The notes below the pieces were generated by a model that was not told the origin of the DNA, did not search any database, and saw nothing but the letters and a program-made list of their open reading frames with translations. The position numbers were made by a program, and so were the translations under genes. Of a stretch of 64,000 nt of DNA, positions 28,947-38,240 are shown piece after piece. The stretch spans positions 32,001 through 96,000 of the forward strand of contig JAWOEX010000013.1 of assembly GCA_046482545.1 (NCBI GenBank). The letters are read 5' to 3'. This DNA is from Candidatus Thorarchaeota archaeon. GTDB taxonomy: Archaea > Asgardarchaeota > Thorarchaeia > Thorarchaeales > Thorarchaeaceae. Position 1 is the first letter of the stretch. Every line of letters starts with the position of its first letter.

Positions 28947-30215
28947 ATGAGATTTGAAGGAAACAAAACCCACCGCGGCAGCTATTCCCCTTTTGATAGA
29001 CTGGCAGAGAGGTATGATGACTGGTTTGAAGACGATGGACGCTTAATCTTCTCTACTGAAGTGAAGGCCTTCTACACCCTGCTTCCAATGTTGCCTGAAC
29101 CATGGCTCGAAATAGGCGTTGGCAGTGGACGTTTCGCTAAGGCATTAGGAATTAGACTCGGTATTGATCCTTCCGGAAAATTGCTGGAAATGGCGAAACA
29201 AAGAGGAATAGATGTCATACTTGCGCGGGGCGAGGATGGGGTATTCAGGAATGAAACTTTAGGTACAGTGTTTATGATTGTTACTATCTGTTTTCTAGAT
29301 AACCTGTTTCTTACAGTTGTAGCAACTGCATGAAACTTCTGTGTTCCACCCCTCCCCTGCCAGCGTCGCCGCTCCCAAGGCTACCCAGTGGCTCCTTGAG
29401 TCAGCAGGGGCTTTGTCCGCGTTCACCGGAATAGGATTCCTCCCGCGGTCCTGGCTTCTTTCTCCTGTCGTTGTCCCGGGTCATCACTCCGGCGACAGCG
29501 AGGTCTTCCACAGTCTTTGCCACGGCGTGGTCATGATCACCCACCTCAGCTTTGTCACCGCCGCTGAGGAGGTCCATTACGGACAAGGTGAACAGCCGCG
29601 GACTCTCCGGAACCTGATGGGTTTCCTTTGGTGGAGAGTGAGGACTTCTGCTTAGTGGAACGAGTCCACCTCACAGCCTTCGGGGCTGAGCGCTTCTCCC
29701 GTTGGGGAGTGGCTCACCGCCCTAGTCCTACTAGACCGGACTCTCGTACCAGGCCTAATAAACTCCCCTCCAAGGCTACAATAGTGCTTGCAGGAAATGT
29801 TACAGTTATTTTACACTTTTCCACTCGCATTTTTTTAGGATTTTGTAAGATTTCTATCCCTCTAGACTCCCCTATGAAGGTTCTACAGGAGGCTAATCGC
29901 ATCCTCTCCCCAGGAGGTAGGCTTGTCCTTGGGCTGGTCTTACGAGAAAGCCCATGGGGCAAATACTATCGAGAAAAGAAGGCGGATGGACACCCTTTCT
30001 ATGATTATGCCACCTTTTCCACTATCAATGATATCACAACTTTGCTTCAAGAAACGGGGTTTATTATTGAGAAGACTGTATCAACACTTTTCCAAAAGCC
30101 AGGGAATGTCAAGCATACGGAAGAGCCCCGCGAAGGGTATTCACCAAAGGCGGGTTTCACCGTTCTCGTTGCAGCAAAGCGGGATAATGATGCTCCTGAC
30201 GGGAAAGAAGAATAA
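28947..30215 (+). pseudogene. class I SAM-dependent methyltransferase interrupted by a 561-bp element
   Basis: LEIGVGSGRF motif; removing 29300-29866 joins TICFL to DSPMKVLQEANRILSPGG, giving an intact 233-aa ORF. Confidence 0.9.
29300..29860 (-). mobile_element. full-length non-autonomous structured element (copy C), TSD TCTAGA
   Basis: TCTAGA at 29294-29299 and 29861-29866; homologous along its length to 51592-52145 and 62043-62595. Confidence 0.93.
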
Positions 30216-30517
30216 GGCCCCGCAGAGTGATAGTAATGCTTACCCACAAGAAGGCTTGCGTTGAACCTCAGCAGCTATCTGGGGCCAAAACCAACTTTTG
30301 CTAGTAGAAGGGATTGCAGTGCTTATTGGTTTCCGAATTGGAAGACTAGTTTCTCGTGATACAGAATCTAAATGAGTGGAAGTGGGACTTTCAGTGCCGT
30401 TATAGGTTTAGGATCAATAACATTGCTGAAAGATTTCTTTGCATTGCTTTCACCAATTCACGTGAAGTCAGAACAACATCTCAGAACTATCCACCGCAAC
30501 TTAGTATTCGTTGGTTC

Positions 30518-31291
30518 TTACCCGTTTATTTTGCCGGAGAGAAGCTTTTCCAACTCCGTTCTCAAGAGGGTCCGGGTGGCTTCCAAGCTCCAGTCTTCAG
30601 TCAAGGCTTGCTGTAATATTCTTCTTCTCGTTATGTGAATACGCTCATCAAATCCAAGATCAGGATTGTTTTCTAAGAACTCAGAAACTACTCTCCTTGT
30701 TGTCACATCAAGTTGGTCGTTGTTTTCATCTGTGACATGTCGGGGTTCTTTCTCAACTTCCAAGTCCTCCAGTTTCCTCAGAATTTCAATGGCCCCTTCC
30801 GAAGCAGCAGTGCTGCTTAAATCAATGGTTACCAACGGTTCATCCCATGCGTATTTCTTCCCTGGGAGGTCCAACCTTTCATCAATTCGCCGGATGACAT
30901 GTTCTGGGATTACGAACTCCCGTGCCCTGTTCCATTTCAAGGCTGTTTCAAGAGGAGTGCTTACAAAAACAGATTCATAGATACAATCGTGCTTGAGGGC
31001 GATATCGCGGATCTCGTGTCTCATGCTTGCATAGTAGTTTGTATCATCGTGCACAACTGACAGTTGCTTCTCAGCTATTGCATTGGCTTTTCTCAGTGCT
31101 TTCTTCCGCACCTCGTTTTCTTTGTTCGGCGTGAAATCTGCATAGAATACATCATCTCGCCAATCGTCTGTACTGATAATCTGTACATTTGATGGCAATG
31201 GATGATGGTGTTTGATTTGCTTGGCCAGGGTAGTCTTTCCAGAGGCGGGTATACCACAGAGTGCGATAAGAAATTGCTTCATGTTACCCAC
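30518..31291 (-). CDS. pstK: L-seryl-tRNA(Sec) kinase
   Basis: CGIPASGKTT P-loop, DDTNYYASMR, WDEP; next to the Sec genes. Confidence 0.9.
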   Translation of the reverse strand: MGNMKQFLIALCGIPASGKTTLAKQIKHHHPLPSNVQIISTDDWRDDVFYADFTPNKENEVRKKALRKANAIAEKQLSVVHDDTNYYASMRHEIRDIALKHDCIYESVFVSTPLETALKWNRAREFVIPEHVIRRIDERLDLPGKKYAWDEPLVTIDLSSTAASEGAIEILRKLEDLEVEKEPRHVTDENNDQLDVTTRRVVSEFLENNPDLGFDERIHITRRRILQQALTEDWSLEATRTLLRTELEKLLSGKING

Positions 31292-31359
31292 TATCGACTA
31301 CTTCACTTACGGACTACAGCATCATCTTATGGCCGTTTCTTTTGATGCTGAGTTAATGG

Positions 31360-32304
31360 CTATCGCCGAATGCGAATATTCAGGTCTTGTGCCAGTTCCT
31401 TGTATCTATTGCGGACTGTAACCTCAGTTACATTGGATGCTTTGGCAATCTCTCTCTGAGTTCGCCGGTCATCCTCAATAATACCGGCAATGTACAACGA
31501 AGCGGCTGCAATACCTCCTGGGTCTTTGCCTGCGGTTATCCCCTTCTTCTTGGCTGCATTGATAATCTTGGTAGCTGTTTGCACTGTCTTGCCGCTCATT
31601 TCCAAGTCTGATGAAATCCGTGGCATCAAATCGTTAGCCGAGGGTATGGGGATATGAACATCGACATGTCTGATGATAAGTCGAACACAATGGGCCAGGG
31701 ATTTCCTGTTAACCCTTGCTTCGCTGACCATCTCATCCAACTGTCGTGGGATTTTATGGATTCGGCAAGACAAGTATATAGCAGCAGATACCATTCCTTC
31801 AATACTTCTTCCCCTAACAAGACGCTTATTCAAGGCTTTTCTATAGATTAGGGCTGCAGTCTCCTTCGTTTCCCGTGGGATACCTAGCTGGGAACAAAGC
31901 CTATCCATCTCACTCATAGCAAGACTCAGATTACGGTGCTGAGAACTATGAGCTAGTGTGCGGATCTGCCATTTACGCATTCTGTAAATTGCAGCTCGCC
32001 TACTGCCTTTGATTGACCGTCCATTAGCGTCCCGGTTGCCCCAACTTATAGTGGTCGCGAGTCCCTTATCAGCCATCGTGAGACTCATTGGAGACCCTGT
32101 TCGAGCTCGTGCGTTTCGCTCTTCTGCTGTGAAAGCTCGCCATTCTGGGCCTGTGTCCATTATATGCTCGGAAAGTACACAGCCGCAGTTGGTACAGATA
32201 CTCTCACCGCGCTTAGAATCTTCATAGAAATCGTGGCCACCACAGTTTGAGCAGACCTTTTGTTTTTCATCGCCTTTCTTCATACTGTGTGCTGGTTTAT
32301 GCAT
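31360..32304 (-). CDS. tfb: transcription initiation factor IIB
   Basis: Zn ribbon CSNC/CTNC, GPEWRAF B-reader, VTEVTVRNRYKEL. Confidence 0.97.
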   Translation of the reverse strand: MHKPAHSMKKGDEKQKVCSNCGGHDFYEDSKRGESICTNCGCVLSEHIMDTGPEWRAFTAEERNARARTGSPMSLTMADKGLATTISWGNRDANGRSIKGSRRAAIYRMRKWQIRTLAHSSQHRNLSLAMSEMDRLCSQLGIPRETKETAALIYRKALNKRLVRGRSIEGMVSAAIYLSCRIHKIPRQLDEMVSEARVNRKSLAHCVRLIIRHVDVHIPIPSANDLMPRISSDLEMSGKTVQTATKIINAAKKKGITAGKDPGGIAAASLYIAGIIEDDRRTQREIAKASNVTEVTVRNRYKELAQDLNIRIRR

Positions 32305-32728
32305 GGTTGACTCCCAATCCTCCTCCTCTCAATTTGTGCCTACATTGCTGCAGCACAAGACCGACACGCGCTTGTCGGCGAGGGAGGCGTGATTTGTTGT
32401 CTCTTTCCTACGCATACCGTCTTTGGTATACGAGGGGTCGTTTGTTGAATAATGTACAGATTTGGTCAATCTGTTCGAATTCCTTCGCACACATCCACAA
32501 ATAAACCCTTGGTCTGCACAGATATTTTGTTAAACAAACTATAATGGTTCCACTCAGTAGGAACCGGTGATTTACTACGAATAGATTATGATTGATAGGA
32601 CTAGAAAAGGTGGTTCTCAGCTAATGGTTTCATTCAATAAATGAGTTGTCAACCAACCCATGCCATCTCACCCGGGATTCATTTATCAATTGAGTTTCGA
32701 TATGCAATTTACATAGTTACAGGGGCTC

Positions 32729-33967
32729 TTGATTGTGGATATGACCGTGGATTCATCAACCCTCTCAAACGAGAAGGTGCTCTTCCTTCTGAACAAAGAT
32801 ACTGGGATGGCTCCCTATTCTCATGAATTTATTATGGGTGATATTGATACTCAGGTGCTATCAGGCTTTGTGTCAGCGATGCTCAGTTTTATGGGTGAAG
32901 TAACCGGAGATGAGTGCTCTCGATGGAAAACTCACTACGGGTCTGACAATGTTTTCATCGTAGAGGGCGGCAAATGGGTTGTTGGGGTCCTCGCTGTGTC
33001 GAGAGAAACCACTGAAGTGAGAAGCAAACTCAGAAGAGTCGTCAAAGAATTTGAAGAAGAATTTCAGTTCTTACAAAGAGCGGAAGGAATCGATGGTAGG
33101 ATTTTCGACGAATTCGATCATTACGTGAGGAGAGTCTTCCTTGGAGATCGGTTATCCGAGCGCTCTATTCTTCTGAAAAGGTCTGATGCTAAGGTAGATT
33201 CTGAAATGTATCGCCTGCCAAGCATTGCTTTCAAAGTGGCGAACATGCTTCAACACATAGGCGAAGGAACCACTCTCGGGGAGGTAGCTGCCCTCATGGA
33301 TATCGACATACACACCGCAAAGGACCTCGCCTCGCGAGCATTGTGGCGACACTCGATTTACATTCTCTATGTTCCGAGCAATGATGACATACTCGTGTTA
33401 TCTGAACGTTCATCAAGTGAACTGCTGCATAAAGAGAACCCTTTTGGCATATCTCAGCGTACAATTCAGGTTGTAGCATCGTTGGATGGACGCACGCCTT
33501 TGCGTTCTCATCTCTCTGATATGGCTCCAGAAGACATAGAACAAGCTCTGGTCGAGCTTGCTGACTTTATCAACAAGGGATACATACAAAGAATCTCACT
33601 GGAACGCAAGCTAGTGTTAATCGAGGAATGTGTGCTAAACAAGCTGGTAGAAACATGTGCTGATATCATAGGTCGAGAATCCACCCTTGCCTACCTGGAA
33701 AATGGGCAGGACCAAGGTGTTGAAATCCACCCGTGGATTGCCCGGATTAAAATCTCCAGTGGTCTGAAAATTGAATGTTGGCTCGATATTACCATGACTC
33801 CTGCGGACTTCGATGAAATGTATGAGGCTCTCCGTTTTCTGATTAAGAATCTACTTGAACAGATAGCCAGTTTGATTGAAACGGAACAGGCTGAAGCCAT
33901 GCTGACATTCGCACGAAAGCAATGCCGTCAAAAGTGGAAGGGATACGTTCAGGATGTAACAATTTAA
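32729..33967 (+). CDS. hypothetical protein with N-terminal longin-like domain
   Basis: LFLLNKDTG..YS...DTQVLSGFVSAMLSFMGEV pattern typical of Asgard longin-like domains. Confidence 0.65.
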   Translation: MIVDMTVDSSTLSNEKVLFLLNKDTGMAPYSHEFIMGDIDTQVLSGFVSAMLSFMGEVTGDECSRWKTHYGSDNVFIVEGGKWVVGVLAVSRETTEVRSKLRRVVKEFEEEFQFLQRAEGIDGRIFDEFDHYVRRVFLGDRLSERSILLKRSDAKVDSEMYRLPSIAFKVANMLQHIGEGTTLGEVAALMDIDIHTAKDLASRALWRHSIYILYVPSNDDILVLSERSSSELLHKENPFGISQRTIQVVASLDGRTPLRSHLSDMAPEDIEQALVELADFINKGYIQRISLERKLVLIEECVLNKLVETCADIIGRESTLAYLENGQDQGVEIHPWIARIKISSGLKIECWLDITMTPADFDEMYEALRFLIKNLLEQIASLIETEQAEAMLTFARKQCRQKWKGYVQDVTI

Positions 33968-34106
33968 TCTCACGAATACCGGCTCCGCATGACAACATGA
34001 GGTCTTAATATCCTATTTCAATTCGATTTGAAGAATGAAATGTGGAGGTTTGAAAATACGTGATCTCCATATCTTACTGCCATGTTATTCTAGCGCTATA
34101 CTGCCA

Positions 34107-34409
34107 TGACCTATTCCTTACAGTTGAGTTATTTTAACCCACTTGAAATCTCTGCGTTTTCCTTCCCCTCCCAGCGTCGCCCCCGAAATCTCCTTCGGTC
34201 TCTGAGTTGGCAGGGCTTTCTCTACGTTCATCGGGATGATATTCCTCCCGCAGTCCAAAATTCCTGCTCCTCACATCATCCCCCGTTCTCAGATCCGGTG
34301 ATAGTGAATTCTTCCACGTCTTCACCACGGCCTACAGATAATCAACATCTCAGCTTTGTCACTATAGCTGAGAAGTCCATTTGGACATAGTGAACAGCCG
34401 CGGACTCTC
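34107..34409 (-). mobile_element. truncated element (copy D)
   Basis: TGACCTATTCCTTACAGTTG end, CTCAGCTTTGTCAC..GCTGAG hairpin, GTGAACAGCCGCGGACTCTC shared with copy C, after which homology stops. Confidence 0.88.
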
Positions 34410-34505
34410 GATAGTCTCAAGGAGGCGATAAAGAACGCAATTTTCATGACTGACCACTAGCCCCCCTGCCTGATCTTGGGGGAAAGATGTTCGGTGGTGC
34501 GACTA

Positions 34506-35105
34506 CTAAGATTCCATGTTGTGTTCAGATTGTTCCAAACAAATCATTTCTCTTACTACAGCTTGCGGGATGATGTTGATGTGCTCATAATAGGCTTCAC
34601 CCGAATCTAGCTGTGTTTTGGAACGACCAATTTTGACAAGACCGTCGCTTTTGCCTAAGAGATAACCTGCTATGTATTGGAGGGGAACTTGGTGCTTGTC
34701 TGCGTCCTCCTTGGTCATCGCGCAGCATTCGACACCAGCACTTTCAAAGACCACTTCGACCATTTCATGCTCTTTGCAGTGGTCAATGCGATCTAGTTCC
34801 CTTATCCTTTTGAGCTGGTCCTCCCCCTGTATTCTCTGAACGAGTGACCTGTCATAATGGAATGGGTCATCTCTCATCTTGTGTATCGAAGGAGCCAAGT
34901 ACACAGTTCGCTCTTTGACCTCCTCAACTTGGTCACCACCCGAGTCCACAAACCGCTTCTCATTGCTTTCACCAATGACATAGCGAACGTGGTGATGTTT
35001 TGCATCTACTGTTTTATCCCCTTTGTCTTCTTCGCCCTTTACACGCAAACGAGTGTCTGTCGTGATTTCTATTGCTGAGAATGGATTTCTGAATATTTTA
35101 CTCAT
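34506..35105 (-). CDS. hypothetical protein
   Basis: GGTGA RBS, 199-aa ORF. Confidence 0.7.
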   Translation of the reverse strand: MSKIFRNPFSAIEITTDTRLRVKGEEDKGDKTVDAKHHHVRYVIGESNEKRFVDSGGDQVEEVKERTVYLAPSIHKMRDDPFHYDRSLVQRIQGEDQLKRIRELDRIDHCKEHEMVEVVFESAGVECCAMTKEDADKHQVPLQYIAGYLLGKSDGLVKIGRSKTQLDSGEAYYEHINIIPQAVVREMICLEQSEHNMES

Positions 35106-35118
35106 CGTTATTCACCAA

Positions 35119-35136
35119 AATTAACTATAGTAAATT
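35119..35136. promoter_or_regulatory. near-perfect palindrome AATTAACTATAGTAAATT, candidate operator
   Basis: 17 bp identical to 41290-41306; both sit just upstream of a start codon. Confidence 0.6.
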
Positions 35137-35252
35137 AACAATAATGTAGTAATAAATTATTCGGTGTACCACATGGAGTACTATTCATGTCAACATCAGA
35201 AGCGCCAATTGTTTGAATCCGACAGGGGGTACGTGAAGGGTTATTATCGTTC

Positions 35253-35870
35253 TTGCATTTCTATCTGGGTGGTTTAATAATGCAAGAGGTGTTGAGAGTT
35301 GGCCTTGGAGTATTGGTCTTTGGTCTACAACACAGTGGGCTCTCAGCTCTGAGGGTGAAATATGCTATTATTGACAGGTTTGGAAAGAGCGGTTATCACA
35401 GTATCTTCACTGCAACTGCAATCTTGGCTTTTCTCTTTTCATTCTTTATGATTGGTTTTTGGGATTGGCTGTATTTCATGCTTCGACCAGACGCCATTCA
35501 CCTACCACTCTTCGTTTCAGGCATCATTTGTGGAGCTATGGGTTTCTGGCTTGCTCACAAAGCTTCAGCAGTAATATCGGTCAGCACAGTTGCTGATATG
35601 CGAAACGATAGAACGGCTGAGCTTGTTACAGCCGGCATCTATGCACACATACGCCATCCCTTGTACCTTGCCACTCTTCTTCTCTTTGCAGGCCTCGGTC
35701 TGCTGTATCCATTTCTACCTGTGGTAGCTTATGTCACTTTCATGTCAGCTTATCTTATTTTCGGGGCATTTTTAGAAGAACGAAAGCTAATCATTTACTA
35801 TGGTAAGGAGTATCAAAAGTACAAAAAGAAAGCTGGTTTTATTCTGCCTCGGCTAGGCGGGAATGAATAA
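35253..35870 (+). CDS. isoprenylcysteine carboxyl methyltransferase / PEMT family membrane protein
   Basis: LVTAGIYAHIRHPLY, EERKL..YG.EY..YK; real start likely ATG 35280. Confidence 0.88.
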   Translation: MHFYLGGLIMQEVLRVGLGVLVFGLQHSGLSALRVKYAIIDRFGKSGYHSIFTATAILAFLFSFFMIGFWDWLYFMLRPDAIHLPLFVSGIICGAMGFWLAHKASAVISVSTVADMRNDRTAELVTAGIYAHIRHPLYLATLLLFAGLGLLYPFLPVVAYVTFMSAYLIFGAFLEERKLIIYYGKEYQKYKKKAGFILPRLGGNE

Positions 35871-35887
35871 TCGTCTCTTCCCAACTA

Positions 35888-36343
35888 TCAATCTTGGTCA
35901 AGCATTTTTTGTATCTTTGAAAGGTGTCGAGCTCGTTTGACCGCCTTTGGGGATATTTGATGGACCTGTCCTTTCTCGACGACAAAATGGTCGGTCTTTA
36001 CGTCAGGTGTAAAATGTCGTTTGATGTCTTCAATCACAAAATGCAGTTGCACACAATGCGGGCTGCCATCAATTGTGAGTGCTACGACTTCTTCCAGATT
36101 GCAATATCGTACAATGGAGCCAATTTTGAAACCTGCTTGATTAACATGTGTTTCTTCTAAGCAAACTTGGAGTACCGCATATCCTCCTTTCCTCTTTGCG
36201 TACTCCTCAACGATTTCCGGATATCGGCTCATCATACACGAACCAACTAATAGAAGTCTGCCTTTCTCACGTATTCTTCGATCCCCGACGTTGATTCGCA
36301 TCAGATGTAGGATGTTCTCACCATCAAATGACACAGCTACCAT
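35888..36343 (-). CDS. Fe-S-associated conserved protein
   Basis: LLLVGSC, CLEE, DGSPHC conserved Cys pattern. Confidence 0.65.
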   Translation of the reverse strand: MVAVSFDGENILHLMRINVGDRRIREKGRLLLVGSCMMSRYPEIVEEYAKRKGGYAVLQVCLEETHVNQAGFKIGSIVRYCNLEEVVALTIDGSPHCVQLHFVIEDIKRHFTPDVKTDHFVVEKGQVHQISPKAVKRARHLSKIQKMLDQD

Positions 36344-37287
36344 TTCCGTCTGTGCTTCGAAGAGCGGTTCCTATTCTTTGTTTCGGACTGGCTCACTAAG
36401 GGCAGAGCTACGCGAGCCACAATGTCTCCGTCAAACACGTAGTCCATTCTGCTAAGTGAAACGATTCTGCCTTCATGGCGAGTTGTTACGTCTCCTTTGT
36501 CTTCAACTTTCCCTATAACATTGCCAAATTCTACAGTATCTCCTAGGCTGCAACTTGGTATGAAGAAACCCTCATCTTCCACATTGACCTGCTGTAATCT
36601 GCCAGTTAATGTGTTTGAGACTTCCATAGAATCTCCGGGTATCATGTCTTTGATTCTAAGCAAGTTGAGAATTGCTTCTCTCACTTCGACGGCTGCCTGA
36701 GGTTCAATTTCTTGGGCATTTCCGCGCATCTCTATGCTTGCCACAGGAATTCCGTCATGTGCGGCTTCTGTGGTGAGCGATCCCCTCTTTCCATCACTCT
36801 GAACCACAATTGGTAGAGAAATCTGTGAAGCTAGATTTCTGACATGTATATACTCTCGGTGCATTGCCTTTACATGACTTAGACAATGTTGGATTCCTGT
36901 CTGCACATTCAATACATACTCAGCCTTCGAGACCCTTCTCCATATCTCCCAAGCTATCTTCTGACTAATCGTACCATGCTCATCTCCAGGAAAAACGGAA
37001 TCAAGCTTCTTGGAATCCAGTGGTGACACTACTGTACCCAACCGAAAGGCTAGTGGATTTGCCACGGGGAGAATCGTTACCGAACCGTCTATTCGCTTCA
37101 AGCCTTCGAGATGTTTTAGCACTAGATATGTTGCATACACGCAGCTTGCAGATGTTCCGTCCATACCTGACAAAATTAGTACATTCGGCCTATCATCACC
37201 AAAACTATAGAATCCAATAGTTGATCCTGTTTTTGGATCTATGTCAATTGCACGAACCTTTGCTTCAACCATTGGCAGACCTCCCAT
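36337..37287 (-). CDS. succinylglutamate desuccinylase/aspartoacylase family protein (degenerate metal site)
   Basis: GSVTILPVANPLAF, FPGD..GT, C-terminal biotinyl-like domain. Confidence 0.8.
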   Translation of the reverse strand: MGGLPMVEAKVRAIDIDPKTGSTIGFYSFGDDRPNVLILSGMDGTSASCVYATYLVLKHLEGLKRIDGSVTILPVANPLAFRLGTVVSPLDSKKLDSVFPGDEHGTISQKIAWEIWRRVSKAEYVLNVQTGIQHCLSHVKAMHREYIHVRNLASQISLPIVVQSDGKRGSLTTEAAHDGIPVASIEMRGNAQEIEPQAAVEVREAILNLLRIKDMIPGDSMEVSNTLTGRLQQVNVEDEGFFIPSCSLGDTVEFGNVIGKVEDKGDVTTRHEGRIVSLSRMDYVFDGDIVARVALPLVSQSETKNRNRSSKHRRKW

Positions 37288-37370
37288 TGACTGCCCTGCT
37301 AAGACATGAGTCAGTCAATATGAATTGCTGTAACACAATAAGGGTTCTGTTGTTCACTTGTGGTCAGTCT

Positions 37371-38084
37371 TCATTTGCAGTTGAAAAGGTAGATGTCCGT
37401 TCTGAATTCTTCCTCAACAAAGCTGTCATGCCGTCCTAAAGCATATTCACAATCGAGTTTTGTATGAGGTTTTTCTAGGATACCTGAATGAACTGCACAA
37501 CTTGCCGGATCACCTATCCACGCCAGAGGACGCCCCTGCTGTACAATTCGAGTGCCGATATCCGAATAGAATGGTTCCCAAGAAACGAGAATAAGCGCAG
37601 GTGCATACTCCTCAATAGCGTCTATTGCATCCATTGTTTTGACCCATTTGGGATGTGCAATATCACTGCGCCTTGTTTTGGCGTCAGTTGCTATTATATC
37701 CCTCTCAATGAAAGACTCCAAGAATTCTGTGAGCTTACCATTCCCAGCCATGATTTCCAGAACAGGTCCGCTGTTTTCCACTCGACCAAGGCAGTCAATT
37801 ATAGCGCCAGCAAGTCTCTTGATGAACTCCTCTGAATAGAATTGGAAAAACCAGCGGCCGTTTCGATTGCCTCCATTGCAGTATTGCTTGAGATTCGATG
37901 CCTGCTCTTCTCTTTGTAGGAAGGAGAGTACTTCATCATATGGCAAAAGCGCATGGTGCAAATCCATTTCTGGTTCGTGTTGTCCTGCATTTTCTGAGCT
38001 TTTGGAGTTCATCTTCTCACTCCACAGTTCATGATTACACGATATCGCAGGGGGACTATTCCCCTTCACGAAGAGACTAGTCAA
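37371..38084 (-). CDS. hypothetical SAM-binding (methyltransferase-like) protein
   Basis: VLEIMAGNGKL, IIATD. Confidence 0.6.
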   Translation of the reverse strand: MTSLFVKGNSPPAISCNHELWSEKMNSKSSENAGQHEPEMDLHHALLPYDEVLSFLQREEQASNLKQYCNGGNRNGRWFFQFYSEEFIKRLAGAIIDCLGRVENSGPVLEIMAGNGKLTEFLESFIERDIIATDAKTRRSDIAHPKWVKTMDAIDAIEEYAPALILVSWEPFYSDIGTRIVQQGRPLAWIGDPASCAVHSGILEKPHTKLDCEYALGRHDSFVEEEFRTDIYLFNCK

Positions 38085-38240
38085 CGACTCTTAACCATAG
38101 CTCTAATAAGCAATCAGTCAACCACTCAAACAGTGAGCCATAATGAGGTATTGCGTTCTCAATTGGTAAATTGAGCTCTTTTTGCGAGTATTTTATAGAC
38201 CATGCCTTCTCTGGCTCTTCACACAAACCAATGACAGTGG

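Noticed and set aside
29331-29333. UGA at the end of the methyltransferase 5' half as a Sec codon
   Set aside because: It lies inside the inserted element, not in methyltransferase sequence.
29341-29655. Short ORFs inside element copies (29341, 29401, 34106, 34134, 51795, 51809, 51863, 54624, 54740, 62095, 62222)
   Set aside because: They are frameshifted differently in each copy. At most they are remnants of a parental gene tail, not functional genes.
29300-29860. Self-splicing group I/II or BHB intron in the methyltransferase
   Set aside because: No GTGCG start, domain V or group I core was recognised. Copies occur in both orientations relative to host genes and between genes, and the flanks are duplicated.
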